Position numbers and translations under genes: made by a program | The notes under the pieces: model-generated | The model's input: the letters and a program-made list of their open reading frames with translations, nothing else | Database searches by the model: none | What the model was told of the DNA's origin: nothing | In this document: positions 24,001 to 34,621 of the stretch, piece after piece | Position numbering within the stretch: position 1 is the first letter of the stretch | Layout: every line of letters begins with the position of its first letter | NCBI GenBank assembly: GCA_950097015.1 | Contig: CATNEN010000008.1 | Location: 2,108,001 to 2,172,000, forward strand | Length of the DNA: 64,000 nucleotides | Direction of reading: 5' to 3' | Source of the DNA: Macrostomum hystrix | Lineage: Eukaryota; Animalia; Platyhelminthes

Positions 24001-25764
24001 CATCAGTTAGCCCTCGCTTAGGTCATAAATTTTCTTTTGCGAGGCAACAGTGCCTTCACTGTTTTCCCTCCAGTTGTTGCACACTTATTGTTTCTTGTAT
24101 TATTGGCAGGTTATACGTGCTGTTCCGCTGCGGGTCTAGACTATACTCTGAGCTGCATATCGAGGTGAGTATTGCTAGATTATTGCGATATAAGCAGGTT
24201 TTATTTTATGTTTTAAGACTCACTACGATTGATTGGCTGTGGAAATTGTTTTATATTTCAGTTCCTGCCCGTTTACCATCCGTCGCTCGAAGAGCGCTCA
24301 AATCCGCAACTGTATGCCAACAATGTGCGAGAACTGATGGCCAGGTTAGTAAGGCATTTTTATGTTTAACTACTATAAGTAGTTTGTGTGTACATTGCTC
24401 TTCTTTTATAAGTCAGTTTAAAAGCTGCGACCATCTCCGCTCTCGCTGATTGGCTTACTTAATTACAACCAATCACCGGTTAGGCACGCGGGACTGCCCG
24501 TTAGCGACCAATCGCACACCGACGTGCTACTGTTCAAAGCAGCTCGCCGTCAAGGACTTCATCGGCTCGGCTTTCCTTTGAGCGGCTTTCGACGACTAAT
24601 GCGACGCATGATGCCTGATACAGATGTCAGGAACAAAGACAAAGATAAAGATCGAAAAAATCTACTGGCCAGAGTGACACCCGGGCCGCCCAGGCCGATG
24701 TGCCCGCACGAGCTAGCTGCCGAGGCAGTCCTGCCCGGGGCACTGGAGTCCTGGATGCGGCTGGTGTTCGACATCTTTGACTGGGTCTGTACTTTCCTGT
24801 ACTATCTTTTGTGGGTGTCTGTACTGCCTTTTGTGGGTGTCTGTACTGCCTTTTGTGGGTGTCTGTACTGCCTTTTGTGGGTGTCTGTACTGCCTTTTGT
24901 GGGTGTCTGTATTGCTTTTTGTGGGTGTCTGTACTGCTTTTTGTGGGTGTCTGTACTGCTTTTTGTGGGTGTCTGTACTGTCTTTTGTGGGTGTCTGTAC
25001 TGTCTTTTGTGGGTGTCTGTACTGCCTTTTGTGGGTGTCTGTACTGTCTTTTGTGGGTGTCTGTACTGCCTTTTGTGGGTGTCTGTACTGCCTTTTGTGG
25101 GTGTCTGTACTGCCTTTTGTGGGTGTCTGTACTGCCTTTTGTGGGTGTCTGTACTGTCTGTTATAGTTGTCTGTACTGTCTGTTATAGTTGTCTGTACTG
25201 TCTGTTATAGTTGTCTGTACTGTCTGTTATACTTATCTGTACTGTCTGTAATTGTCTGTAATACATGTATCCCATCCTATTTTCCCCGCTGCAGTCCCAC
25301 AGCGGTCGCATCGATCCTCGCTGCGTATTTATCACCGCCGCTTTGCTCTGCTGTCCAGACCGTTTAGAGGACACCCTGGTAGATGCAATGATGGTAAGCC
25401 CATTAGGTGCAGCTGGGTTAGCCATATTAACAAAACACATATTTTTCCTTTTTTTCTAGCGACTTTCCATCGATAAACACCAAGTTGATTCGGTTGCCAT
25501 GGAGACTGCGCTACGCAGCTTGATTGGCATGACACCCGAATTGTGTCAGACGATTCTGCGCGAAGCTCCAGTTGGTTTAGCTACGGCAGGTGAGATATTG
25601 CAAGCCGATATGTATAGAAAAATCCTTATCGAAAATGTCGTGCGCTATTCGAAATGAGTTTTTCCGGTAATTTTTCAGAATCATGCGTCCGCTACGTGAC
25701 ACAGTTCGAATCGGTGCGCAATTTGAAACAGTTGAACAAAGAACTGGCTGATATAATCGGCTAA
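21055..25764 (+). CDS. LPCAT1/LPCAT2: Lysophosphatidylcholine acyltransferase of the LPCAT1/LPCAT2 family, 9 exons; N-terminus uncertain
   Basis: Exons 21055?-21410, 22014-22231, 22788-23067, 24110-24164, 24262-24344, 24484-24784, 25295-25393, 25460-25589, 25679-25764; all phases are compatible. Motifs PFNPF plus a TM helix, APHTSLTD (HxxxxD), FPEGTCTNG, FRSGAFAPGVPVQP, IEFLPVYHPS.EE..NPQLYANNVR, and a degenerate EF-hand-like FDWSHSGRID. Confidence 0.9.
22315..22700. repeat. 23-bp minisatellite in LPCAT intron 2
   Basis: Unit GGACAGTTTAGGCTACTGTCGGT. Confidence 0.93.
23145..23795. repeat. 22-bp minisatellite in LPCAT intron 3
   Basis: Unit CACTGGGATCTCTTCCCCTTCT. Confidence 0.95.
24785..25260. 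repeat. 22-bp minisatellite starting at the donor site of LPCAT intron 6
   Basis: Unit GTGGGTGTCTGTACTGCCTTTT, grading into GTCTGTACTGTCTGTTATAGTT. Confidence 0.93.
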
Positions 25765-26417
25765 ACAGCTGCGCTATCATTATTTTACTTTGGTTTACAC
25801 GAATTTCATTTAATATTTTTCGGTGCTAAATTCGTCTTTACGTCTTCCATTTATACAAGATGCTCCTGTGGTGCCTAAATTTGTTAGTGTTAGAAATTAA
25901 TTTTTACCACGTTTATTTTACCACAGTGTCCTTTTAGATCACGTTAATTGTCTAGACGTCTTGATAAGCTAGATTTTTTATTTTATGTATGCTCAAAAGC
26001 ATATGACTTTGTTTTGATAAGTTTTTTTGTGCACCTTTTTTTGCTAGTAGTTTAATTTAAGTCACTAAATATACTCTACCGAAATATTTAACACTAAACA
26101 GTTCACAATAGTATACATTATATTGACTAAAAAGCTTTGATTTTGACTCACTCACTCAATTAAGCATTTCATATGGAAAGCTGTGAAATATCAAATGCAT
26201 ATGTATAAAATGGTATATTTTAAGTTAGACGGCAAACGGCTAAAACGTACTTTCAATTGGTTAAACATGAGCTGCATACTAAAACTATTGACTTTAAATT
26301 CATTAAATTTACTACGGGTACAGTAAATAAAAGTTTTAGTCATTTGATTGGTTCGTCAAAAAAAGAGGCGTGAGGTGGAGGATTCGAGATCCTCTGATTG
26401 GTTGGCCTATTAGAATT

Positions 26418-27775
26418 TCAACTGCCTCCCGGCCTAACTGAGGCGAACCATTTGGCCACCTTGGCGCCGCCGTAACGAAGCGACTTAAATAGGCCGGCTG
26501 TGGCAGCACTTTTAGCAGTCTGGCCCAGACTTGACCTGAAAACTATTCGACGAAGTTGGCGACGTAATGCTTCGGCAATCTGCCCGGGCCCGGCGCCGGA
26601 CTGCAGCGGAGCGGTCAGCTCCAACGCCAGCGATTTGGGTAGACAGGCAATCAGCGCTGCTAGCTGGTCGGGCTCGGCCGTCCACGCAACGACGTCATCA
26701 TCGTGCCGGACGTCTGGCCACGCTAGGAAAGGCAGCCGTCTTGCAGCCAGCGATCGGTAAATTTCGGTTAGCAATGGAGCTTGAGGCACTGCGATGTTTT
26801 CGACCTGAGAAATCAATGGCAATCAAGTTGGCAGTGGCAAAGCCGAAGCTATTGTGCGTACAACTTTTCAGTCCATGGACTGGAGTGAACTGAAGCACTA
26901 TGGAATTCAGTAACTTTCTCAGGGACACAAATTTGTTCCTCACTGAGATTCGAACCCATGACCTTCGGGTCAGGATGAGGTTAGGGAGCTTGTACACAAT
27001 TTGCAACTATTAGGGTCAAAAAGTCTGAGCAGAAGTACACATCAGTGTGGTGTGCCTGCTTTCGGTGTGTATGTGTGTGTGCTCAGAGAAATGAGCAGAA
27101 CTCAGAACTCTTTGCTGGCTGCGGCTCGACTGTAGCATAGATGCGGCAAAAGATTGTCTATCCCCAACGACGCACCTTCCCGGCATCTTCGGCGAACGCC
27201 ATTCGCACATCGCCGCCATAGCTGAGTCCGCAAATTGCGGCCAGAAGGCGTCTCTGGCTGATCCGACAGTCGGGCAGCAGGACCAGCAGGCCGGCAGCCA
27301 GAGCCGCTGTCCGATTGGCTTCCAACGCCCCGGCCAGTCTGGGACAGGCGGCATTGTCCGGCTCGATAGGCCAGGCCACCGGCTTCTGCAGCCGTCCGGC
27401 CAGGTAGAGCCAGCGCCATTCAGTTAGGTCGGCTACGAGAGACTCGACACTGACAACCCCGTATTTTATAGTGCGACCCTCGACAGTCGGCACCAAGGTG
27501 TTAAAGTACACGCCGGCTCCGACTCGCTCTTGAAGTCTAGCCACAGTACCAGCGCCAAGACTGGCCACTGCTGAATAATGCGACCGGTGCGTGGTCAAGT
27601 TGGCCGCGTGCCAGGCTCGACTGTCCGGCACCACGAAGACTAGATCGAGCATGCCGCTGCCGCGGACGCGACCAGCCTGTTCGAACACGGCCGAACCGTA
27701 GGCGAAGCAGGCGCTCATGGGCTGGGGAAATGCGCCGACTATACGCCGGAGAAGGCGCAGCGTCGACTCGCTCAT
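26418..27775 (-). CDS. TAMM41: Mitochondrial phosphatidate cytidylyltransferase Tam41, 2 exons, about 328 aa
   Basis: Exons 27775-27176 and 26804-26418. Motifs FAYGSAVFEQ, MLDLVFVV, GAGVYFNTLV, IKYGVVS, LYLAGRLQKPV, GLSYGGDVRM..AED.GKVENI and SLRYGGAKVAKW. Confidence 0.95.
26842..26990 (-). mobile_element. Deleted, diverged copy of the tRNA/CORE SINE family in the TAMM41 intron
   Basis: Shares TTCAGTCCATGGACTGG, GTGAACTGAAGCA and GGACACAA with the 34312-34621 copy, and has a B-box-like ATTCGAACCC. Confidence 0.65.
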
Positions 27776-27889
27776 TTGGCCCTTAGAACTGAATGAGAGA
27801 AGTTAGAGCGAACTCAAAGTGAGATCGCGGTGGCTGGCAAAGCTGACTAGCTGATGAAATAGGACGAAATGGGATGGCAGTAGGAAAAC

Positions 27890-28145
27890 ATTTATTGGCT
27901 GATAAAATGAAGTGAGATGGTACTGAGGCGAGCGGAAAAATTTTGATTGGTTGACAAAGTGGAGTGAGAAGGGGAGGCGGGCGGAAAACTTTTATTGGCT
28001 GATTAAGTGGAGTGAGAAGGGGAGGCGGGCGGAAAACTCTGGATTGGTTGATAAAGTGGAGTGAGAAGGGGAGGCGGGCGGAAAACTCTGGATTGGTTGA
28101 TAAAGTGGAGTGAGATGGGGAGGCTGGTGGAAAAATCGTATTGGC
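27890..28145. promoter_or_regulatory. 48-49-bp tandem repeat (about 5 copies) carrying CCAAT and GC-box motifs upstream of TAMM41
   Basis: Each unit has ATTGG (CCAAT on the TAMM41 strand) and GAGGCGGGCGGA, lying 115-370 bp upstream of the ATG. The regulatory role is inferred. Confidence 0.4.
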
Positions 28146-29036
28146 TGTTAATACAGCTCGTAATCAGATAAGCGTGTGGGCGGGCCAATCTGATAGATGA
28201 AAATATGACGCGGAGTGGTGTGCAGTTCAAGCTGATTGTTTTGGCTGAGTAAAAGGAAGTCGTATTTCAGTGAGCAGGTGAAATAAGCTAATTAAGATAT
28301 TAACTAATTAAAACTATTGAAATGTTCTGGAATAATTAAGAAATTAAGAACGAATTTTTAAAAGCATAATTGTTTTTCGAAACAAAACTCATAATAGAGC
28401 AGACACACCCGATGTTGCTGAAAAGTTATTATATTTTGTCAGCATTTAACTGGGCACTCTTTGTCAATCTAGACGTTACTTTTTTGACACAAAAGCCTAT
28501 TAAATGCCTACAAGACGCGCAGCTAGCAATATGACGAACTCATTGTAAACTTTAATACAAGAGACGACAAGCTAGCACACGTACTGCCAGAATCGGATGA
28601 TCAAACGGTGGAAATAAGAAATGACAGCAACAATCCACTTTTGTGTGTTTGCCAGCAATGAATAGATGTAAGAATAAATAATTATTGGTGAATCTGTTAA
28701 TTTGTTGATAAACAAGACAAAAGCCAAAGCGAACAGAATAAAGATAGGAGAATTAAAATCAACTTTTTTTATTTAGTGCACAACTACTAAATGAAGGAAT
28801 ATTTTACACTGGGTTATTAAAGTCTCTTATCAAATAGTTCATACACAGATTATAGAACGTTTGCGAGCTACAGTTATGGATTATTGAATGTTAATAACTC
28901 GCCCCGGCAAGTTATTTGAAATGAGAAATGATCAGAATAATAAAACAAACCGAAGAAAACAAACAGACATCTAGAAGTACAACATTTTGCAGCCTACTTG
29001 ATTCTGCGAGCACTCAATTTAATCATTCATTGGAAC

Positions 29037-29877
29037 TTTACCGGTTGGGTGCCGAGCAAGTTAATGGCGGTCGATCGAGGCGCGTAGCGCCGAGATCGTA
29101 ATCGCCATTAACTGCGAGGCAGCCAACCGGTAAAAGCATTATAAGGCTTCAGGCCATAGACAAATCAACTCCCCCTATAACGCCGTTGCTTGTCGACCGA
29201 CAGCCGCCAGATAGCGTTATAGGGGGAGTTGATTTGTCTATGGCCTGAAGCCTTATAATGCTTTTACCGGTTGGTAAAATACTTTAATTGATAATTGAAA
29301 ATGAACAAATATAAGCGTCCAAATTTTATCAGCTTCTGGCTCATGGCGGATTGGCGCAGTTTGTGCCATAGACATGCCATTATCGCTGAGTGATCGTTTA
29401 TACCATAATACGTTGCTGAAGCCTTATAATGGCGCAGCCATGCAGCAGCACTCGCTCAGCCAGTTGTCTATGGCAGAGACTGGTCCTACGAGCGTGTATT
29501 ACAGGGAAATACTGTGAAATTATAAACTACACGCTCGCAGGACCAGTCTCTGCCATAGACAACTGGCAGAGCGAGTGCTGCTGCATGGCTGCGCCAATGA
29601 ATGATTCATAACTCATATAGTTCATATAGCTCTGAATTTAGAAACTCTAGAGACAACCTACTATAGTAGTAATCTAATCCATTAAAACTCGACTCTAGTA
29701 AAATTATACTATAGTAGGAGTCGAATAGTCATGGCTGACCACCTACCTCATCGCCAAAGCCACATTTTCCGCACCAGTGCATGCTGACCGAGAATCGACA
29801 GCTAGTCAGACTGCACTGGTACGGAAAATGTGGCTTTGGCGATGAGGTGGTCAGCCATGACTATTCGACTCCTACTA
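29037..29877. repeat. Cluster of four inverted repeats (hairpins)
   Basis: H1 29037-29134 is imperfect. H2 arms 29123-29183/29214-29274 (61 bp, perfect). H3 arms 29430-29498/29528-29596 (69 bp, 2 mismatches). H4 arms 29712-29781/29812-29877 (one 4-nt indel, 1 mismatch). Confidence 0.95.
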
Positions 29878-30239
29878 AACTATACTCTTACTATAGTAGA
29901 GTTCCAATAGAGTAGATTACAACTAAAGTAGCTAGATTGTTAAAAGAGTAGCTAGTTAGAATCGGACTGGAAATAGGCCCAAGCTAGTTGCGGAGCTCCT
30001 ATTCATGGCCAAATCCTCTACACATTAAGTCCTCAACTTTTGTCGCGATGATTCGTTACTGGATGTCTACTTTAAATATCGTTTTGATAAGTTACGGCAG
30101 TTCCGCTAATAATGATTTTCTTCAAGATTCCAAATAATTGAACTTGTAGTTTTAAGTACATAGCAAAAACCTAGCGTAACGAATCACCTGACAAAAGACC
30201 TCGGCCCCGGGCATTGGACAGGCCGCACATCAACCGACT

Positions 30240-33200
30240 CTAGCATTCTCGATGCATGCCTTTAATCAGGTGGTCCGGCGCCTCAACCTCTTTCAATAGG
30301 CGAGCTAGCAGGGCTCGATTGACGCCCGGCGACTGACTGCCAGCAGCCAGGCTGATTGACAGGTACAGCGGGTCCTGCGACAGCTCGAGGAAGCCGGGGT
30401 TGGCGCCCAGCTCGGGTACTTGGCTCTTTAAGAGGTCGAGGAATCGATCGTAGAGATTTATTCTGCGCAGCTCGTCGCATAATCGACTGCGAGCGTCGGA
30501 GTCCAGCTTGTCTAGATCGTTGCCAACGCCGACCGGGGTGTTGACGGCGGCGGCAGTGACGGAAGCCATGCCGCAGTCAGTTTCGCAGCCTTCCTCAAAG
30601 CCAATGTCATCGTCTTCGTCCATATCGTCGCCGAGTAAATCTTCGGGGTCGGGTAATAATAAGCTGTCCGACTCGGTAGCAGACTGTAATCGAGCTTCCA
30701 GCAGTTGAACAACATCGGCCTGGCTGGCCTCCCGGGCCATGTCTAACACTGTCTGGCCATTGTCTGTAGAGCGGATCAACAGCCGTACAGAGCCGTTCTC
30801 TAACAGCCACTTGCAGACATGAGCGTGGCCTAGCTCGGCTGCCAACATCAGCGGCGTCCGGTCGAACGCGCCGCGCCAGTGCCAGTCGAAATCAACCTGG
30901 GGAATGTCATTTGCGGCCATGTTTGTTCTTCACAATGGCTGGATGCTGGAATTGGGAACCCAGTCACAATGGCTGGATGCTGGAATTGGGAACCCAGTCA
31001 CAATGGCTGGAAGCTGGAATTGGGAACCCAGTCACAATGGCTGGATGCTGGAATTGGGAACCCAGTCACAATGGCTGGATGCTGGAATTGGGAACCCAGT
31101 CACAATGGCTGGAAGCTGGAATTGGGAACCCAGACACAATGGCTGGATGCTGGAATTGGGAACCCAACAACAATGGCTGGATGCTGGAATTGGGAACCCA
31201 ACAACAATGGCTGGATGCTGGAATTGGGAACCCAACAACAATGGCTGGATGCTGGAATTGGGAACCCAACAACAATGGCTGGATGCTGGAATTGGGAATC
31301 CAACAACAATGGCTGGATGCTGGAATTGAGTCAGTCTCGACATCCATAAGGAATCTAATGATGAGACTCACGGTCACTTTGGTAGCCTTGGCATAGCTGG
31401 CTAGACTCTGGAGCATATCAACGCTGCCAACCTCGGCAATGTAGTGCACCGGTGTGCGGCATCGACCGTCGGGCATGCGAAGAGCAGCGGCCACATTCGA
31501 CGGATCGCAGAGCTGCTGGTTTCTGGCCAGCCAGCTCAGAATTGAGTCTAGCGCCGTTGGCCTATTGTCGGCGGCGCAGTGATGAAAAACGTTTCGACCC
31601 TCGACATCGTAGCATTCGTGCACCTGGGTTGGACTGCGGTGGGTTAAAGGGGCGGTTTCTTTTAAATAGTTGACTAGCTAGGTAGCTAGGCAAAGTCAGG
31701 TAGGCACAGACACCTGTCAGACCGCACGACAGACAGATACGTAGACACGCTTTTCAAAGCAGAAAGACAGGTTGACAAAGACACGCCTTTGAAAGCAGAA
31801 AGACAGGTAGACAAAGACACGCCTTTGAAAGCAGAAAGACAGGTAGACAAAGACACGCCTTTGAAAGCAGAAAGACAGGTTGACAAAGACACGCCTTTGA
31901 AAGCAGAAAGACAGGTAGACAAAGACACGCCTTTGAAAGCAGAAAGACAGGTAGACAAAGACACGCCTTTGAAAGCAGAAAGACAGGTTGACAAAGACAC
32001 GTCTTTGAAAGCAGAAATACAGGTTGACAAAGACACGCCTTTGAAAGCAGAAAGACAGGTAGACAAAGACACGCCTTTGAAAGCAGAAAGACAGGTAGAC
32101 AAAGACACGCCTTTGAAAGCAGAAAGACAGGTTGACAAAGACACGTCTTTGAAAGCAGAAATACAGGTTGACAAAGACGTCTTTGAAAGCAGAAAGACAG
32201 GTTGACACAGACACCAGTCTGAAACTCTGCGAAAGCAAGGAAAATGTAGAATACGGAAAGGTGGAAGCCATAGTTAAAAGTCAAATTATGTTAACGCTAG
32301 AAATGTCAAGATTCTCACAATTCTCCAAGCAGTTTCTCGAGCAGATTGTTACTATCAGGTGAGGCTTTATCAATCGCATCAACAGCCAGCATTAGCAGAG
32401 TATGCTTAGCTGAATTTCGATGTCGCAGCAATTTATCATTCAATCCACCCTGTTCAGCCGCATTCACAAAGTCCTGAGCCAGATTGGTGTAGCCGCGAAG
32501 CAGAGCTTGGCCAGTAGGACTCTCCTGGTATCGCAAGCTTTCTATGCTGAGTAACGCCTGGGGACAGGCGCTGATTAAAATATCCATGGCCTTCGAAGGA
32601 TCATTTGTAAAGGCTAAGCAATGAATGGCTTTTATCACACCCTTCTTATAGTAACTATCATTATTCTTTGAAGCTGTAGTTGGAGAAAGACGAGGCCTAG
32701 CAGTCGATAAAGTGGGCGCATGAGCCGAGGATACAGTAGATACCCCAACACTCTCTACGATACCCTCGTCGATGCTCATTTGGCCGACACCCCGCGTGAC
32801 GCTAGTGATCACAATGTCATCAGGCTTGGATTCCAGCGGTTGTGATTTGATGATCCGAGTCAATTCTGGTTTGCTTTTGCATTCGGGTGGCGGACTTCTA
32901 AAGTCCCCTATTGAAGACTTGATGCTTGTTTGCTGGTTGAGTACAGAATTAGCAGCCTGGGTGGAGTCAAGAGCCACTGCCTCACCGCTAGCCTTGGAGC
33001 CGGCTGTGCCAGATGGCAGCCGATGAGCTTCGAGCACTCCCAGCTTTGGCTGCTTACTGCTGAGGAAGAAATCAAGATATAAAAGAGACATGAGAGACTG
33101 TGAGGTGCCCTGCTCCTAATGATGTAACATTTCGGATTCGCAGAGTAAAAAATAACAAAAACAATCATTTACCTTGGAACAGAATCAAACTGAATATTGT

Positions 33201-33411
33201 CTCCCCTACAAACAAATGTTGTGTTTAGCTTATTATTAAGATTGCAAAAATGAAAACCAACATGAGATAAATAATTAACCGTGATGCGGAAAAAAACATA
33301 CCCATAAGCGCCTGCAGGTGTAGAATCAAACTGTACGCCACTAGAACTCGGTTCACCTTCAGTCACCTTGGCGTCGCCGTATGTTCTGCGGCCTTTCATT
33401 TTGTCGGTCAT
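30240..33411 (-). CDS. Ankyrin-repeat protein, 5 predicted exons, about 600 aa, with a low-complexity N-terminus and a possible helical (death-fold-like) C-terminal domain
   Basis: Exons 33411-33302, 33205-33173, 33059-32319, 31633-31372, 30896-30240 (sum 1803 nt, phases compatible). Ankyrin-like repeats: KHTLLMLAV, GRNVFHHCA, RTPVHYIAEVGSVDML, RTPLMLAAELGHAHVCKWLLENG, GQTVLDMA. The two small 5' exons are less certain. Confidence 0.75.
30930..31325. repeat. 34-bp minisatellite in ankyrin gene intron 4
   Basis: Unit TGGCTGGATGCTGGAATTGGGAACCCAGTCACAA. Confidence 0.95.
31750..32210. repeat. 36-bp minisatellite in ankyrin gene intron 3
   Basis: Unit AAAGCAGAAAGACAGGTAGACAAAGACACGCCTTTG. Confidence 0.95.
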
Positions 33412-33511
33412 TGCTCACTTGCTGACTTGCTGCTGAAGCAATCAAGTTAATAAATTATTATAATAAAATGTGGCAAAGCACTAATATAGTAGCTTAATAT
33501 AATAAATTTAT

Positions 33512-33574
33512 TTTAATAATAAACGAAAATATGTGTATATGATTTACATACACATATTTTCGTTTATTATTAAA
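33512..33574. repeat. AT-rich perfect inverted repeat (27-bp arms, 9-nt loop) upstream of the ankyrin gene
   Basis: TTTAATAATAAACGAAAATATGTGTAT at 33512-33538 and its reverse complement at 33548-33574. Confidence 0.9.
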
Positions 33575-34311
33575 CTGATTTCAAACTAAAGTAGAAAACT
33601 CTAGTATTAGAGTAACCTTAGGTGTTTAGGATTTGGTGTATTGTTCGAAATGTTTGCTCTCGTTCAGAGAAGCATACTGCTTCAGTATCTTAATTTTTAT
33701 ATAGCTGTTAAATTTATGAAACTCTCAGTATTTTTCCGAGCTTTCTATTGTAAAGCAGCATTAGAATTGCCAGTCCTGAAAGCACTCTATGGACCAGCGC
33801 CCGTCATTTTTTACTCGGATTTTCCGAGTGAACAGCATGAAATAGGAAGGTCCTAGGAAGGTATGTACATTGGGCTCTCGTCCGCCGCTCTCCTAAATGT
33901 ACATTAGACATTTATGCGAAGCAAACACAAGCTGGGGCCACATGCACACGTCTTATCTCTCTATAACCTGTCTTGAATGTACTTGCATGCCTTCTCCAGT
34001 TTTCTAATCTAACACACTGAATGATTGAATGTACATTGCAAAATAGGCAAGGGCGTGCGTAGTAAACACGAAACGAAAACTCCCTGCTGACTTATAATAC
34101 ACATATCCTCTTCTCTCTCGGGCCAAAGAAGGACTTTGTGGGAGAGTAGTCAGCGCTGAAGTCAGTGTTTTTTGCAGCATGATTGCTCTGAGTTGCGCAA
34201 TTCGTTTTTTTCTTAATTTTCTCTTTGCTAAGTTATAACTACGTTATAATTTACTCAAACACTATTATGCTCACAAAATTCTCATGCAATTATGTCGACT
34301 ATATGTTATTG

Positions 34312-34621
34312 ATAATAATAATAATAATAATAATTGATTACACCTGCCCCAATCGGGCCAGATGAGCAGCCGACAGCACAGCCGCAGCTATTGCGCGGTG
34401 CATCTGAAGGCTGCGTACGGCTGTTCAGTCCATGGACTGGGGGGACGCCACACCCACCTTCAATTATCCCAGCTGATGCTGGTACCCATTTAACAGCTGG
34501 GTGAACTGAAGCAATGCATAGTTAAGTGTCTTGCTAAAGGACACAAATTGTTTCAGTGGAGTCGGGAATCGAACCCCCGACCTTCAAGTTGTGTTTCCGA
34601 CGCCCTAACCACTAGGGCTAC
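34312..34621 (-). mobile_element. Full-length tRNA-derived CORE-like SINE (copy 2) with an (ATT)n tail
   Basis: Minus strand: GTAGCCCTAGTGGTTAGGGCG (A box), GGTTCGATTCCC (B box), TGTGTCCTTTAGCAAGACACTTAAC...CTTCAGTTCACCCAGCTGTTAAATGGGTACC (CORE-like), then a unique 3' part. The tail reads as (AAT)n on + at 34312-34334. Confidence 0.88.
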
